From Patescibacteria group bacterium (GTDB lineage: Bacteria > Patescibacteriota > Minisyncoccia > Phycocordibacterales > Phycocordibacteraceae): DNA of 64,000 nucleotides. Below, in pieces: positions 49,587-57,453 of this stretch; within the stretch, counting starts at the first letter, position 1; each line of letters begins with the position of its first letter. Position numbers and translations under genes: made by a program. The stretch spans positions 2,677-66,676 of the forward strand of contig JAGWYL010000001.1 in NCBI GenBank assembly GCA_018969385.1, read 5' to 3'. Below the pieces are notes generated by a model. That model worked only from the letters and a program-made list of their open reading frames with translations, was not told the DNA's origin and made no database searches.

Positions 49587-51185
49587 ATGACCACCGTGAA
49601 GGAAATCGTCGGCGCGATGAAGAGTCCCACGGAGGAGGACCGCGCGTTCGTCGAGAAAGCGTACGAATACGCCAAGAAAGCGCATGAGGGCCACACGCGC
49701 TATTCCGGCGAGCCCTATTTCATACATCCCGCCGCCACCGCGAAGATACTCGCGGAATTCGGCATGGACGCGAAGACCATAGCGGCCGGCCTCCTCCATG
49801 ACGCCATCGAGGATGCGCGTGCGACGCCCGAAGACGTAGAACGAGAATTCGGCAAGGAGGTGCTGTTCCTCGTCGAAGGCGTGACGAAGCTCGGGAAGCA
49901 CCAGTACCACGGCGCGGAGCGGCATGCGGAATCCTTGCGGCGTCTTTTGGTCGCGTCCGCCGCGGACCTGCGCGTGCTCATCGTGAAGCTCGCCGACCGC
50001 TACCACAACATGACGACGCTCGAGCACGTGCCCGAGGAGAAGCGCAAGCGCATCGCGCTCGAGACGCTCGAGATCTATGCACCCTTGGCGGACCGTCTCG
50101 GCTTCGGCGTCCTGAAGCGCGAGCTCGAAGACCTCTCCTTCCCGTTCATCGACCCTGACGCGTACCACCACGTCGTGGAGGTCCGCAAGCTCGCGCGGCG
50201 CGAGACCGAAGCCGGACTCGCGAAGGTGCAGAAGGAATTGCAGAAGGAGCTCGCGAAAAAGGGCATCACGGACTTCCGGAGCGACGTCCGCGTCAAGGGG
50301 CTCTGGAGCCTGCACCGGAAGCTCGCGCGCAAGAACGACGACATCACGAAGATTCACGACATCGCCGCGCTGCGCATCATCGTGCCGACCATCGACGACT
50401 GCTACACGACGCTCGGCATCATCCACGCGCTCTGGCCGCCCTTGCCCGGCGAGTTCACGGATTACATCGCGACGCCGAAGCCGAACGGCTACCAGTCCCT
50501 CCACACCACCGTCATCACGCGGGACGCGGGCATCGTGGAGATACAGGTGCGGACGGAAGAGATGCACAAGAACGCGCAATTCGGCATCGCGTCCCACATG
50601 TCGTACAAGCAGCTCGGCAAGGAAGCGCCGAAGTCGACCTTCGCTTCGCTCTCCTTCACGTGGGTGCGCGCGCTCATGCCTTCGCTGCTGCATTTCTCAA
50701 GGAAGCAGACGGCGGAAGCCGCGGAAGTGAGCCACCAGGCCGAAGCGCCGCGCTGGCTTTCGGAGCTCGCGGACGCGCATGCGTCCATCGCCGGCTCGAA
50801 GGAGTTCGTCGACGGCCTCAAGGAGGATTTCTTCTCCCATCGCGTCTTCGTCTTCACGCCGAAGGGCGACGTCGTTGACCTGCCGCTTGGCGCCACGCCG
50901 ATAGATTTCGCCTACGCGATACACAGCGGGCTCGGCAATCACATGAACGGCGCGAAGGTGAACGGGAAGCTCACCACGCTCGATTCCGAACTCGCGAACG
51001 GCGACGTGGTCGAGATAATGCGCCGCGAGTCCGCGCATCCGACCGCGAAGTGGCTCGACTCCGCGAAGACCTCGCTCGCGCGGCGGCATATCCGCCTCGC
51101 GCTCGGCATGACGGACCCCGAAGCGTCCCGCAGGCCGCGCCGCCGCCGCATGCGCCCGCAGAAGAAGAAGGAGACGGGCGCTTAG
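49587..51185 (+). CDS. rel: RelA/SpoT family (p)ppGpp synthetase/hydrolase (HD-SYN-TGS, no ACT)
   Basis: R.SGEPY..HP, LHD, KLADR.HN, KPNGYQSLHT, EIQVRT, FTPKG..DFAY.IH. Confidence 0.92.
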   Translation: MTTVKEIVGAMKSPTEEDRAFVEKAYEYAKKAHEGHTRYSGEPYFIHPAATAKILAEFGMDAKTIAAGLLHDAIEDARATPEDVEREFGKEVLFLVEGVTKLGKHQYHGAERHAESLRRLLVASAADLRVLIVKLADRYHNMTTLEHVPEEKRKRIALETLEIYAPLADRLGFGVLKRELEDLSFPFIDPDAYHHVVEVRKLARRETEAGLAKVQKELQKELAKKGITDFRSDVRVKGLWSLHRKLARKNDDITKIHDIAALRIIVPTIDDCYTTLGIIHALWPPLPGEFTDYIATPKPNGYQSLHTTVITRDAGIVEIQVRTEEMHKNAQFGIASHMSYKQLGKEAPKSTFASLSFTWVRALMPSLLHFSRKQTAEAAEVSHQAEAPRWLSELADAHASIAGSKEFVDGLKEDFFSHRVFVFTPKGDVVDLPLGATPIDFAYAIHSGLGNHMNGAKVNGKLTTLDSELANGDVVEIMRRESAHPTAKWLDSAKTSLARRHIRLALGMTDPEASRRPRRRRMRPQKKKETGA

Positions 51186-51264
51186 AACTCATTTCAAACG
51201 TCGCGATGCCGCTCGCATTCGGAAGCGGACTCTCTTTAGGCTTCCGAATGCGACCGGCATCGCG
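51183..51264 (+). repeat. Structured repeat element beginning at the rel TAG stop
   Basis: TAG-AACTCATTTCAAAC, then a 10-bp plus 14-bp stem with loop GGACTCTCTTTAG. Confidence 0.7.
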
Positions 51265-51294
51265 GGCGAGTTTCGCGAAAGCGTGCGGCGTTTC

Positions 51295-52272
51295 TTATAC
51301 GCTGAAATTCCTGATGGAGTAGAGGTCGTCTTCCGGCGGCTCTTCGGGCGCCCTGGACGGCACCGGGTCTTCAAGCTGCGTCGTGTTCGGGTAGACGGGC
51401 ATCCCAGAAGACGCGCCCGCTCCGGACTGCGCTTCGCGCTGCGCGAGCGAGGTGACGAGGAGCGAAAGGTCTTCCGGAGAGAAGAAGTCGATCATGAGGC
51501 GGCCGCCCTGCTCGTTCGCTTCGATGATGACGCGCGTCCCGAGCGTCTCCGTGAGCGACTTCTCGAGTTCCTGCATCTCCGGCGTCTTCTTGTGGTGCTT
51601 CCTCACGCGCTCCTGCGCGATGGAACGCGCGATGCGCTCCGCCGCGCGCACGGAAATCTTCTTGAGGCATATCTCGCGGAAGAGCGTCTCCCGTTCTTCC
51701 GGACGGTCGTTGAGCGCGAGCAGCGTGCGCGCATGCCCTTCGGAAATCTCCTTGTTCACGATGGCCGCCTGCATGGGCTCCGGAAGGAGAAGGAGGCGCA
51801 GGCTGTTGCTCACGAACTCGCGGCTCTTCCCCACCTTCGCGCCGATTTCCGCGTGGGTCATGCCGAACTCGACGGCGAGCTTCTCGAACGCGCGCGCGCG
51901 GTCGACGGCGTTCAGATCCTCGCGCTGCAGGTTCTCAATGATGGCGAGCTCCAGCTTCTCCTTGTCGCTCTGCTCGCCGGTCCGGATGACCACCGGAACT
52001 TCCTTGAGGCCGATGAGTTTCGAAGCGCGGAGCCGCCGTTCGCCCGCGATAAGCTCGTATTCCGTCTGGAGGCCGCCGTCCGGCTTCTGCACTTCCTTGC
52101 GCGTCACCACGAGCGGCATGAGCACGCCGTACTGGCGGATGGATTCCGCGAGCGCCTTGAGGCGGTCATCGTCGAATTCGCGCCGCGGCTGGTACGGGTT
52201 CGGCTTGATGCGTTCCGTCTCCACCCAGTAGACGGAATCGTATTTCGTCGGGACGTATGCGGTGTCTGTCAT
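51295..52272 (-). CDS. parB: Chromosome partitioning protein ParB
   Basis: PNPYQPRR, IAGERRLRA, ENLQREDL, HTH, SEGHAR. Confidence 0.95.
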   Translation of the reverse strand: MTDTAYVPTKYDSVYWVETERIKPNPYQPRREFDDDRLKALAESIRQYGVLMPLVVTRKEVQKPDGGLQTEYELIAGERRLRASKLIGLKEVPVVIRTGEQSDKEKLELAIIENLQREDLNAVDRARAFEKLAVEFGMTHAEIGAKVGKSREFVSNSLRLLLLPEPMQAAIVNKEISEGHARTLLALNDRPEERETLFREICLKKISVRAAERIARSIAQERVRKHHKKTPEMQELEKSLTETLGTRVIIEANEQGGRLMIDFFSPEDLSLLVTSLAQREAQSGAGASSGMPVYPNTTQLEDPVPSRAPEEPPEDDLYSIRNFSV

Positions 52273-52359
52273 TGCATCAGATTTTAACATGTATGCGTTC
52301 GCTGAATAGCGAGACATGGAGTGAAAAACACGGGATACAATGGTAGTATGTCGAAACTC

Positions 52360-52443
52360 GGGCGAGTGCCGGAATCGGTAGACGGGCGCGGCTCAAAACC
52401 GCGTGGCCGCAAGGTCGTGAGGGTTCGAGTCCCTCCTCGCCCA
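52360..52443 (+). tRNA. tRNA-Leu (CAA), CCA not encoded
   Basis: GGGCGAG...CGCGG-CTCAAAA-CCGCG, long variable arm, GAGGG-TTCGAGT-CCCTC-CTCGCCC-A. Confidence 0.96.
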
Positions 52444-52446
52444 CAG

Positions 52447-52520
52447 TTGAGCCGAGTCGAATTGAAGTATCTCGCGTATCTTGTCGGTGCCGCTTTGGGA
52501 GACGGAAATTTATCGAACCA
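52447..52520 (+). pseudogene. Truncated LAGLIDADG-like endonuclease remnant
   Basis: TTG 3 nt after the tRNA reads LSRVELKYLAYLVGAALGDGNLSN, then loses recognisable similarity. Confidence 0.6.
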
Positions 52521-52682
52521 TCTGTGGAATACTCTCGCCCTGTCCGCTCCATTCTCCGAAAGTGAATTTCTTAATAAACAAAGACCGAGCACGAGAGTGC
52601 GAACGGGAACGAAGGTCTCGTGCACTCGTAAGTACAGCAAAGCAAATGCAGTGATGGGAAGTGCGATATCTGCGCTTTCCTG

Positions 52683-53345
52683 TTAGATTTTGCCGACGAG
52701 GTCTAACCCCGGCGTCATATCATCATCCCCCGGCTCCCAGCTCGCCGGACAGACTTTCCCGTCGTGGCTTTCGACGTACTGCGCCGCCTTGAGCTTGCGG
52801 AGCGTCTCTTTCGCGGAGCGGCCGATGCTGTTGTCGTGAATCTCCATGGTCCGCAGTATGCCCGTGGGGTCGATGATGAACGTGCCGCGAAGCGCGAGTC
52901 CTTCGTCCGCCGTGAACGCGGAGTCGCCGCCTTCGACGAGCGCGCCGAACGCGTAGGCGATCTTCCCGGACGGGTCCGCGCCCATCGGGAATGCTATCTT
53001 GCCTATCGCCGGCGAAACGTCGTGCCACGCCTTGTGCACGAATACGGTGTCCGTCGAGAACGAGATGACTTCCGCGTTCAGTTTCTTCATCTGCGGATAC
53101 AGTTCGGCCATCTCTTCGAGCTCCGTCGGGCACACGAACGTGAAGTCGGCGGGATAGAACATGACGACGAGCCATTTCCCGCGCGTCTCGGAGAACTTCA
53201 TCGTGCGCGTGCGTTCATCCTGGTACACCTCGAATTCGAAATCCGGCACCGCTTCCCCGACGCGTACCGATGAGACGAAGTCCTGCGGCAGGTCGTGGAA
53301 GTCGCCGCAATGCTCACAGTAGTTGCTCTTGGTTTCTTTTTTCAT
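52683..53345 (-). CDS. ahpC: 2-Cys peroxiredoxin (AhpC) with N-terminal CxxC extension
   Basis: FYPADFTFVCPTE, LRGTFIIDP, VCPASW. Confidence 0.94.
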   Translation of the reverse strand: MKKETKSNYCEHCGDFHDLPQDFVSSVRVGEAVPDFEFEVYQDERTRTMKFSETRGKWLVVMFYPADFTFVCPTELEEMAELYPQMKKLNAEVISFSTDTVFVHKAWHDVSPAIGKIAFPMGADPSGKIAYAFGALVEGGDSAFTADEGLALRGTFIIDPTGILRTMEIHDNSIGRSAKETLRKLKAAQYVESHDGKVCPASWEPGDDDMTPGLDLVGKI

Positions 53346-53476
53346 ACGAGAATAGATTACAGGCCACAGGCGACAGCAGACAGGATACGACACAGGGCGG
53401 CGGTGCATCCTGACCCGATAGGCACCCCTGTCGGCTATTCGCTGTTGGCTATGCATCCATGATAGCATTTCGGCCA

Positions 53477-54343
53477 ATGGGCGCTAAAACACGCATCCTC
53501 TGCATCGCCGGGCCTACGGCGTCCGGAAAGACGGCGCGCGCCGTTTCCGAAGCGCTCGCGCGGGACGGCGAAGTCATTTCCGTGGACAGCCGGCAGGTGT
53601 ACCGCATGCTCGACATCGGGGCGGAAAAGGTCACGCCCGATGAGATGCGCGGCGTCCCGCATCACCTCATCGATATACGTGACCCGGAAGAGACCTACAC
53701 CGCCGCGGACTTCGCGAAGGATGCCGCGCGCCTCATCGAAGAGATTTCCGCGCGCGGGAAGCTTCCCATTCTCGCGGGCGGCACGCATTTCTATTTCGAC
53801 GCGCTCCTGCGCGGTCTTCCTGAATCCGTCCCGCCGGATAGAGCGCTTCGCGCGCGCCTTGCGCACGTTCCGGACGAAGCGCTGCTCGCGCGTATCCGAG
53901 CGCGCGACCCGCGCCGCGCGGGAGAGCTCGACCCGCATAACCGGCGGCGGCTCATCCGCGCGCTTGAGATAATCGAGTCGCAGGGAGCGGTTCCGCGGCG
54001 CGGCGCGGCGGCGGTACCCTATGACGTCGAATGGCTGTTCATCGAACCTGAGCTCTCCGAGCTTCGCGCGCGCATCGACGAGCGCGAAGCGCTTAAGTTC
54101 CCGCGCGGCCTCGTCGCGGAGGTGGAGCGCGTCCGCGCGCGCGTCAAAGACGCGCGCCTCGACGAGCTCGGGCTCGAATACCGTATCGTGGGCGAATACC
54201 TGCGCGGCGAACGCACGTACGAATCCATGCTTCCCGCGCTTCGCGCGAAGCTCTGGCAGTACGCGCGCCGTCAGCGGGCGTGGCTCCGGAAACTCCGGAG
54301 CGAAGTCATTGCGGAAGAACGACCGAATCAGGACAGAAGCTGA
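53477..54343 (+). CDS. miaA: tRNA dimethylallyltransferase
   Basis: GPTASGKT, SVDSRQVY..LDIG..K, PHHLID, YARRQ..W. Confidence 0.95.
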   Translation: MGAKTRILCIAGPTASGKTARAVSEALARDGEVISVDSRQVYRMLDIGAEKVTPDEMRGVPHHLIDIRDPEETYTAADFAKDAARLIEEISARGKLPILAGGTHFYFDALLRGLPESVPPDRALRARLAHVPDEALLARIRARDPRRAGELDPHNRRRLIRALEIIESQGAVPRRGAAAVPYDVEWLFIEPELSELRARIDEREALKFPRGLVAEVERVRARVKDARLDELGLEYRIVGEYLRGERTYESMLPALRAKLWQYARRQRAWLRKLRSEVIAEERPNQDRS

Positions 54344-54875
54344 GTCCCAAGTTCTTGCCTGCAAATGCGCTATTTATCCAATACGGAACCGAAACGGAAT
54401 ACTTAAGCCGGCACAGTTGATCCTGAGGAATCCCGAGCATTGACATAAGGTACTGTTCAGCATCGATACGCGTCTGGCCGATCGGCTCCTGCAATAGCGC
54501 GATGGAGAAACTGCCTGAGTCGGCTTCGTACAGAATCAGATATGGAGGTGTATTAGTCGCGGTCGAATCGGACACTCCCTCGTATGGATGATATCCGAGG
54601 TAATAGTAACCCTGATTAATCGGATCCTTGACCGTCTTCGGGTCCGAAAGGAAATTCGCTGCAAGCACCGTACCGCCGTCCGAAGCCGCAAGCGAGTATC
54701 TGACCCCGGCACCGTTGGTACCGCCGGACGCGCCACTGCCCGGAAATGCATTCGCGGTCGTCGAGGCAGTCGGAGAAGGCAGCGCAGGGTTCGCAGTGGA
54801 TAGGTACCAGAAGACTCCAAGACCGGCCAAAACGAGGACGGCGGCAGCTACGAGGATGAATAATCGGGATTTCAT
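54306..54875 (-). CDS. Hypothetical single-TM exported protein
   Basis: N-terminal TM, Ser/Thr linker, C-terminal Cys pair; co-oriented just downstream of the pilin fusion. Confidence 0.75.
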   Translation of the reverse strand: MKSRLFILVAAAVLVLAGLGVFWYLSTANPALPSPTASTTANAFPGSGASGGTNGAGVRYSLAASDGGTVLAANFLSDPKTVKDPINQGYYYLGYHPYEGVSDSTATNTPPYLILYEADSGSFSIALLQEPIGQTRIDAEQYLMSMLGIPQDQLCRLKYSVSVPYWINSAFAGKNLGLSFCPDSVVLPQ

Positions 54876-54884
54876 AGGTGTACG

Positions 54885-55835
54885 TTAGCTTTGCGGGTCA
54901 TATTTCGCTACGCAGGCGCCGGACTTCGTATTATCAGAGCTGGTTGTCCATGGACCGTACTTCGACGTCTGGAACATTGCATATGCGGACTGATCGTTGC
55001 ACTGCGCATCCCTCGCGGCTTTCGCACAGGGCTGGCACGACGGTTCGTTATTGACGGCCCCTCCATTTGCGGCCTTGCAGAGAGCCGGGCAGTCAAGGGT
55101 GCTGTTGCCATTGTTGTACTTCGCGCATGCGGAACCAGTGAGTTTATTCGCGGTCAGCATGATCTGGAATATCCCGCACGCATTACCGTTGCAGATGGCC
55201 GGCTGCCCTGAACTTTCGGTCATGGCGATGCACGACATCGCGTTCGCCTGGTTCTGATTGAATCCGATGCTCTGAAGAGCCGAAGGACTGCAGGCGCTCG
55301 TCTGACAAAGGGGGCCGGCGGTTTGGCTTCCACCCGGAGTGGTACCGGGGGTAGCGGAGGCGCCTGCGCCGCTTGTCGCCGCAGGCGGAGCCGGCACGGG
55401 AAGACAGTTACCGCTTCCCGTACCTTGGAGGATGGTCTGCCAGTTGCTCGCGAACGAGCCTCCCGCGAGGAATACCGCAAGGAACGCGGAAACGATGAGC
55501 CACGCGGTAAGGACGAAGAAGAGGCCGATGACGGCGGAGATGAGCATCGTCCTCCCCTCTTCGCGATTCTTCGGCGAGAACGGCGTGAGTATCCAGAGGA
55601 TGGCCGCGTACGCCATCACGAGGACGGCGACGATGATGCCAGCCACCACCGCGAAATGCGTCAGGTTGTTTATGGTCCCAATGACCGCGTTTATGCCGAG
55701 CGGGCAGGCATCCGTAGGGACGATGTGGAAATTCGAGTCTATCGTCGTCGCGGGCTGCGCGAGCGCGAGCGACGGTGCGAGCAGCAGGGCACTCGCAGAT
55801 GCGAGGATGGCAAGCGCAGGGATGCGTGGACGCAT
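54885..55835 (-). CDS. VirB2/TrbC-like pilin fused to a lysozyme-like (SLT/Rpf-type) Cys-rich domain
   Basis: Signal peptide (ALA|Q), two pilin TMs around REEGRTML, Pro/Thr linker, CIAMTESSG...ACGIFQI...GPW. Confidence 0.75.
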   Translation of the reverse strand: MRPRIPALAILASASALLLAPSLALAQPATTIDSNFHIVPTDACPLGINAVIGTINNLTHFAVVAGIIVAVLVMAYAAILWILTPFSPKNREEGRTMLISAVIGLFFVLTAWLIVSAFLAVFLAGGSFASNWQTILQGTGSGNCLPVPAPPAATSGAGASATPGTTPGGSQTAGPLCQTSACSPSALQSIGFNQNQANAMSCIAMTESSGQPAICNGNACGIFQIMLTANKLTGSACAKYNNGNSTLDCPALCKAANGGAVNNEPSCQPCAKAARDAQCNDQSAYAMFQTSKYGPWTTSSDNTKSGACVAKYDPQS

Positions 55836-55927
55836 AGAGACATCATACCGCATCCGCAAGAGGCTGACTGCGCTTTCCCCATGCCAAGCCATATCTGTAA
55901 CGTATCTTAACGTTATAATACGTATTA

Positions 55928-56623
55928 ATGAGGATAAAGATGGCGGAGCGGAATGAGGCGGTATTGAGGCGGATTCGAGGGGAAACGATTCCGGATATAG
56001 CAGGCAAGCTCCACGTCTCGAAAGCATCTGTCTCTCTTTGGACCCGAGACATAGCCATTCCGAAGCGCACGCTGCGCGTCATGCGCGAGCGCCAGATGAA
56101 GAACCGCCTTCTTGCCCACGAAGCGCGCAGGCGCGGCACGAAGGATAAGCTGGCTGCGGCGGAGCGAGAAGCTCGCCAGCGTTTCATGCAAAAAAATATT
56201 GACCGGCGTGAGGCACTGCTCCTGTGTTCCCTGCTGTACTGGTGTGAAGGATCGAAATCGAAAAACGACACGGAATTCACCTTCACGAACGCTGAACCGC
56301 TTATGATTCGGGGTTTCCTTTCCCTATTTCGTACTGCATTCCCGGATGCTGACCCGAAGAAGCTGCGTGTAAATATGCATCTGCATGAGTACCACGATGA
56401 GCGGCGACAACGGAAGTTCTGGTCCCGCGTTACCGGGATACCTGAAGCGCAATTCACCAAGACTTTTTGGAAGGCGCATACGGGAAAGACGACGAGGAAA
56501 GGATACCCCGGATGCGTTCATGTCCGATACTACGACGTACGGGTCTCTCGAACGGTTTCCGCGACCGCCCGCGCCTTTCTAGGATTCGTAAGTGATGATA
56601 CTATGCCGCACACGGGTCTATAG
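55928..56623 (+). CDS. HTH + LAGLIDADG-like protein abutting tRNA-Trp
   Basis: HTH IPDIAGKLHVSKASVSLW; LLYWCEGSK, FTNAEP.MI..FL, FWS..TGIP..QF; stop codon lies inside the tRNA. Confidence 0.75.
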   Translation: MRIKMAERNEAVLRRIRGETIPDIAGKLHVSKASVSLWTRDIAIPKRTLRVMRERQMKNRLLAHEARRRGTKDKLAAAEREARQRFMQKNIDRREALLLCSLLYWCEGSKSKNDTEFTFTNAEPLMIRGFLSLFRTAFPDADPKKLRVNMHLHEYHDERRQRKFWSRVTGIPEAQFTKTFWKAHTGKTTRKGYPGCVHVRYYDVRVSRTVSATARAFLGFVSDDTMPHTGL

Positions 56624-56685
56624 TTTCAATGGTAAAACACTTCTCTCCAAAAGAAGAGTTCCAGGTTCGAGTCCTGGTGGACCCG
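56614..56685 (+). tRNA. tRNA-Trp (CCA anticodon), CCA tail not encoded
   Basis: GGGTCTA...CTTCT-CTCCAAA-AGAAG...CCAGG-TTCGAGT-CCTGG-TGGACCC-G. Confidence 0.95.
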
Positions 56686-56687
56686 CA

Positions 56688-57216
56688 ATGAAGCCCCCGA
56701 CCATTCGAGAAGCGCGGGCGGACGACCTTCCCGAGTATTCCGCACTCTTGCAGCGTACCTATGCTATGACGTATGCGAATGACGCGCTTGGCCTGCCGGC
56801 AGAGCTCTTCTCTCCGGAAATATTCGCTACGGCGGATACGCAAGCGTATCTGGCGCACAATCTCCGGAATACCGACGACCAGCGATGCTGGGTCGCCGAA
56901 TCCGACGGAAAGCTCGTCGGCGCAGTGACCATACGGCGGAAAGGCGTTCGTGAATGCGAATTGACCGGATTCTATGTCGCGCCCGAGCTGCAAGGGCATG
57001 GCATCGGGAAGATGCTCTGGACCGAAGCGCTCACGTTCGCTCGCGACAGCGATGTGACGCTCGACGTGTACGCACATAACGCGAAGGCCATCGAGCTGTA
57101 CAAGCGATGGGGATTCGTCGAGGATACCGCGCGGTCGATTCTTCCGCCATTGGCCGGAGTGGCCGGAGGGAGTGCAGGCGCAGTCCCTGTACATGCGCTA
57201 TCGCCCCGCATCATGA
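56688..57216 (+). pseudogene. GNAT acetyltransferase with apparent frameshift near 57130
   Basis: FYVAPELQGHGIG, N..AI.LY..WGF; a plausible C-terminus FFRHWPEWPEGVQAQSLYMRY lies in another frame and stops at 57216. Confidence 0.7.
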
Positions 57217-57244
57217 AGAAACCGCCCATCCGGGCGGTTTCTTC
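57215..57244. terminator. Bidirectional terminator
   Basis: GAAGAAACCGCCC-ATCC-GGGCGGTTTCTTC between convergent GNAT and rpmG. Confidence 0.8.
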
Positions 57245-57400
57245 TTAGCGCTTCGCTTCCTTGTATTCGACTCGCGCGCGGAGCGTCGGGTCGAACTTGG
57301 TGAGGGAAATCTTCCGTTCCACCTTCTTCTTGTTCTTGCGGGTGTAGTAGACGTGATCGGACTTCGTCGACTTCAGCTTTATGAGGAAATCTTGAGACAT
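57245..57400 (-). CDS. rpmG: 50S ribosomal protein L33 (Cys-free form)
   Basis: Below the ORF-track cutoff: MSQDFLIKLKSTKSDHVYYTRKNKKKVERKISLTKFDPTLRARVEYKEAKR. Confidence 0.92.
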   Translation of the reverse strand: MSQDFLIKLKSTKSDHVYYTRKNKKKVERKISLTKFDPTLRARVEYKEAKR

Positions 57401-57453
57401 AGTGGGTGCAATCTACCAGATGCCCGCGCGCTCCGCAAGGCGCGCGGGACAAG

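Noticed and set aside
52321-52686. 121-aa ORF spanning tRNA-Leu
   Set aside because: It reads through the tRNA; only the short LAGLIDADG-like segment looks protein-derived.
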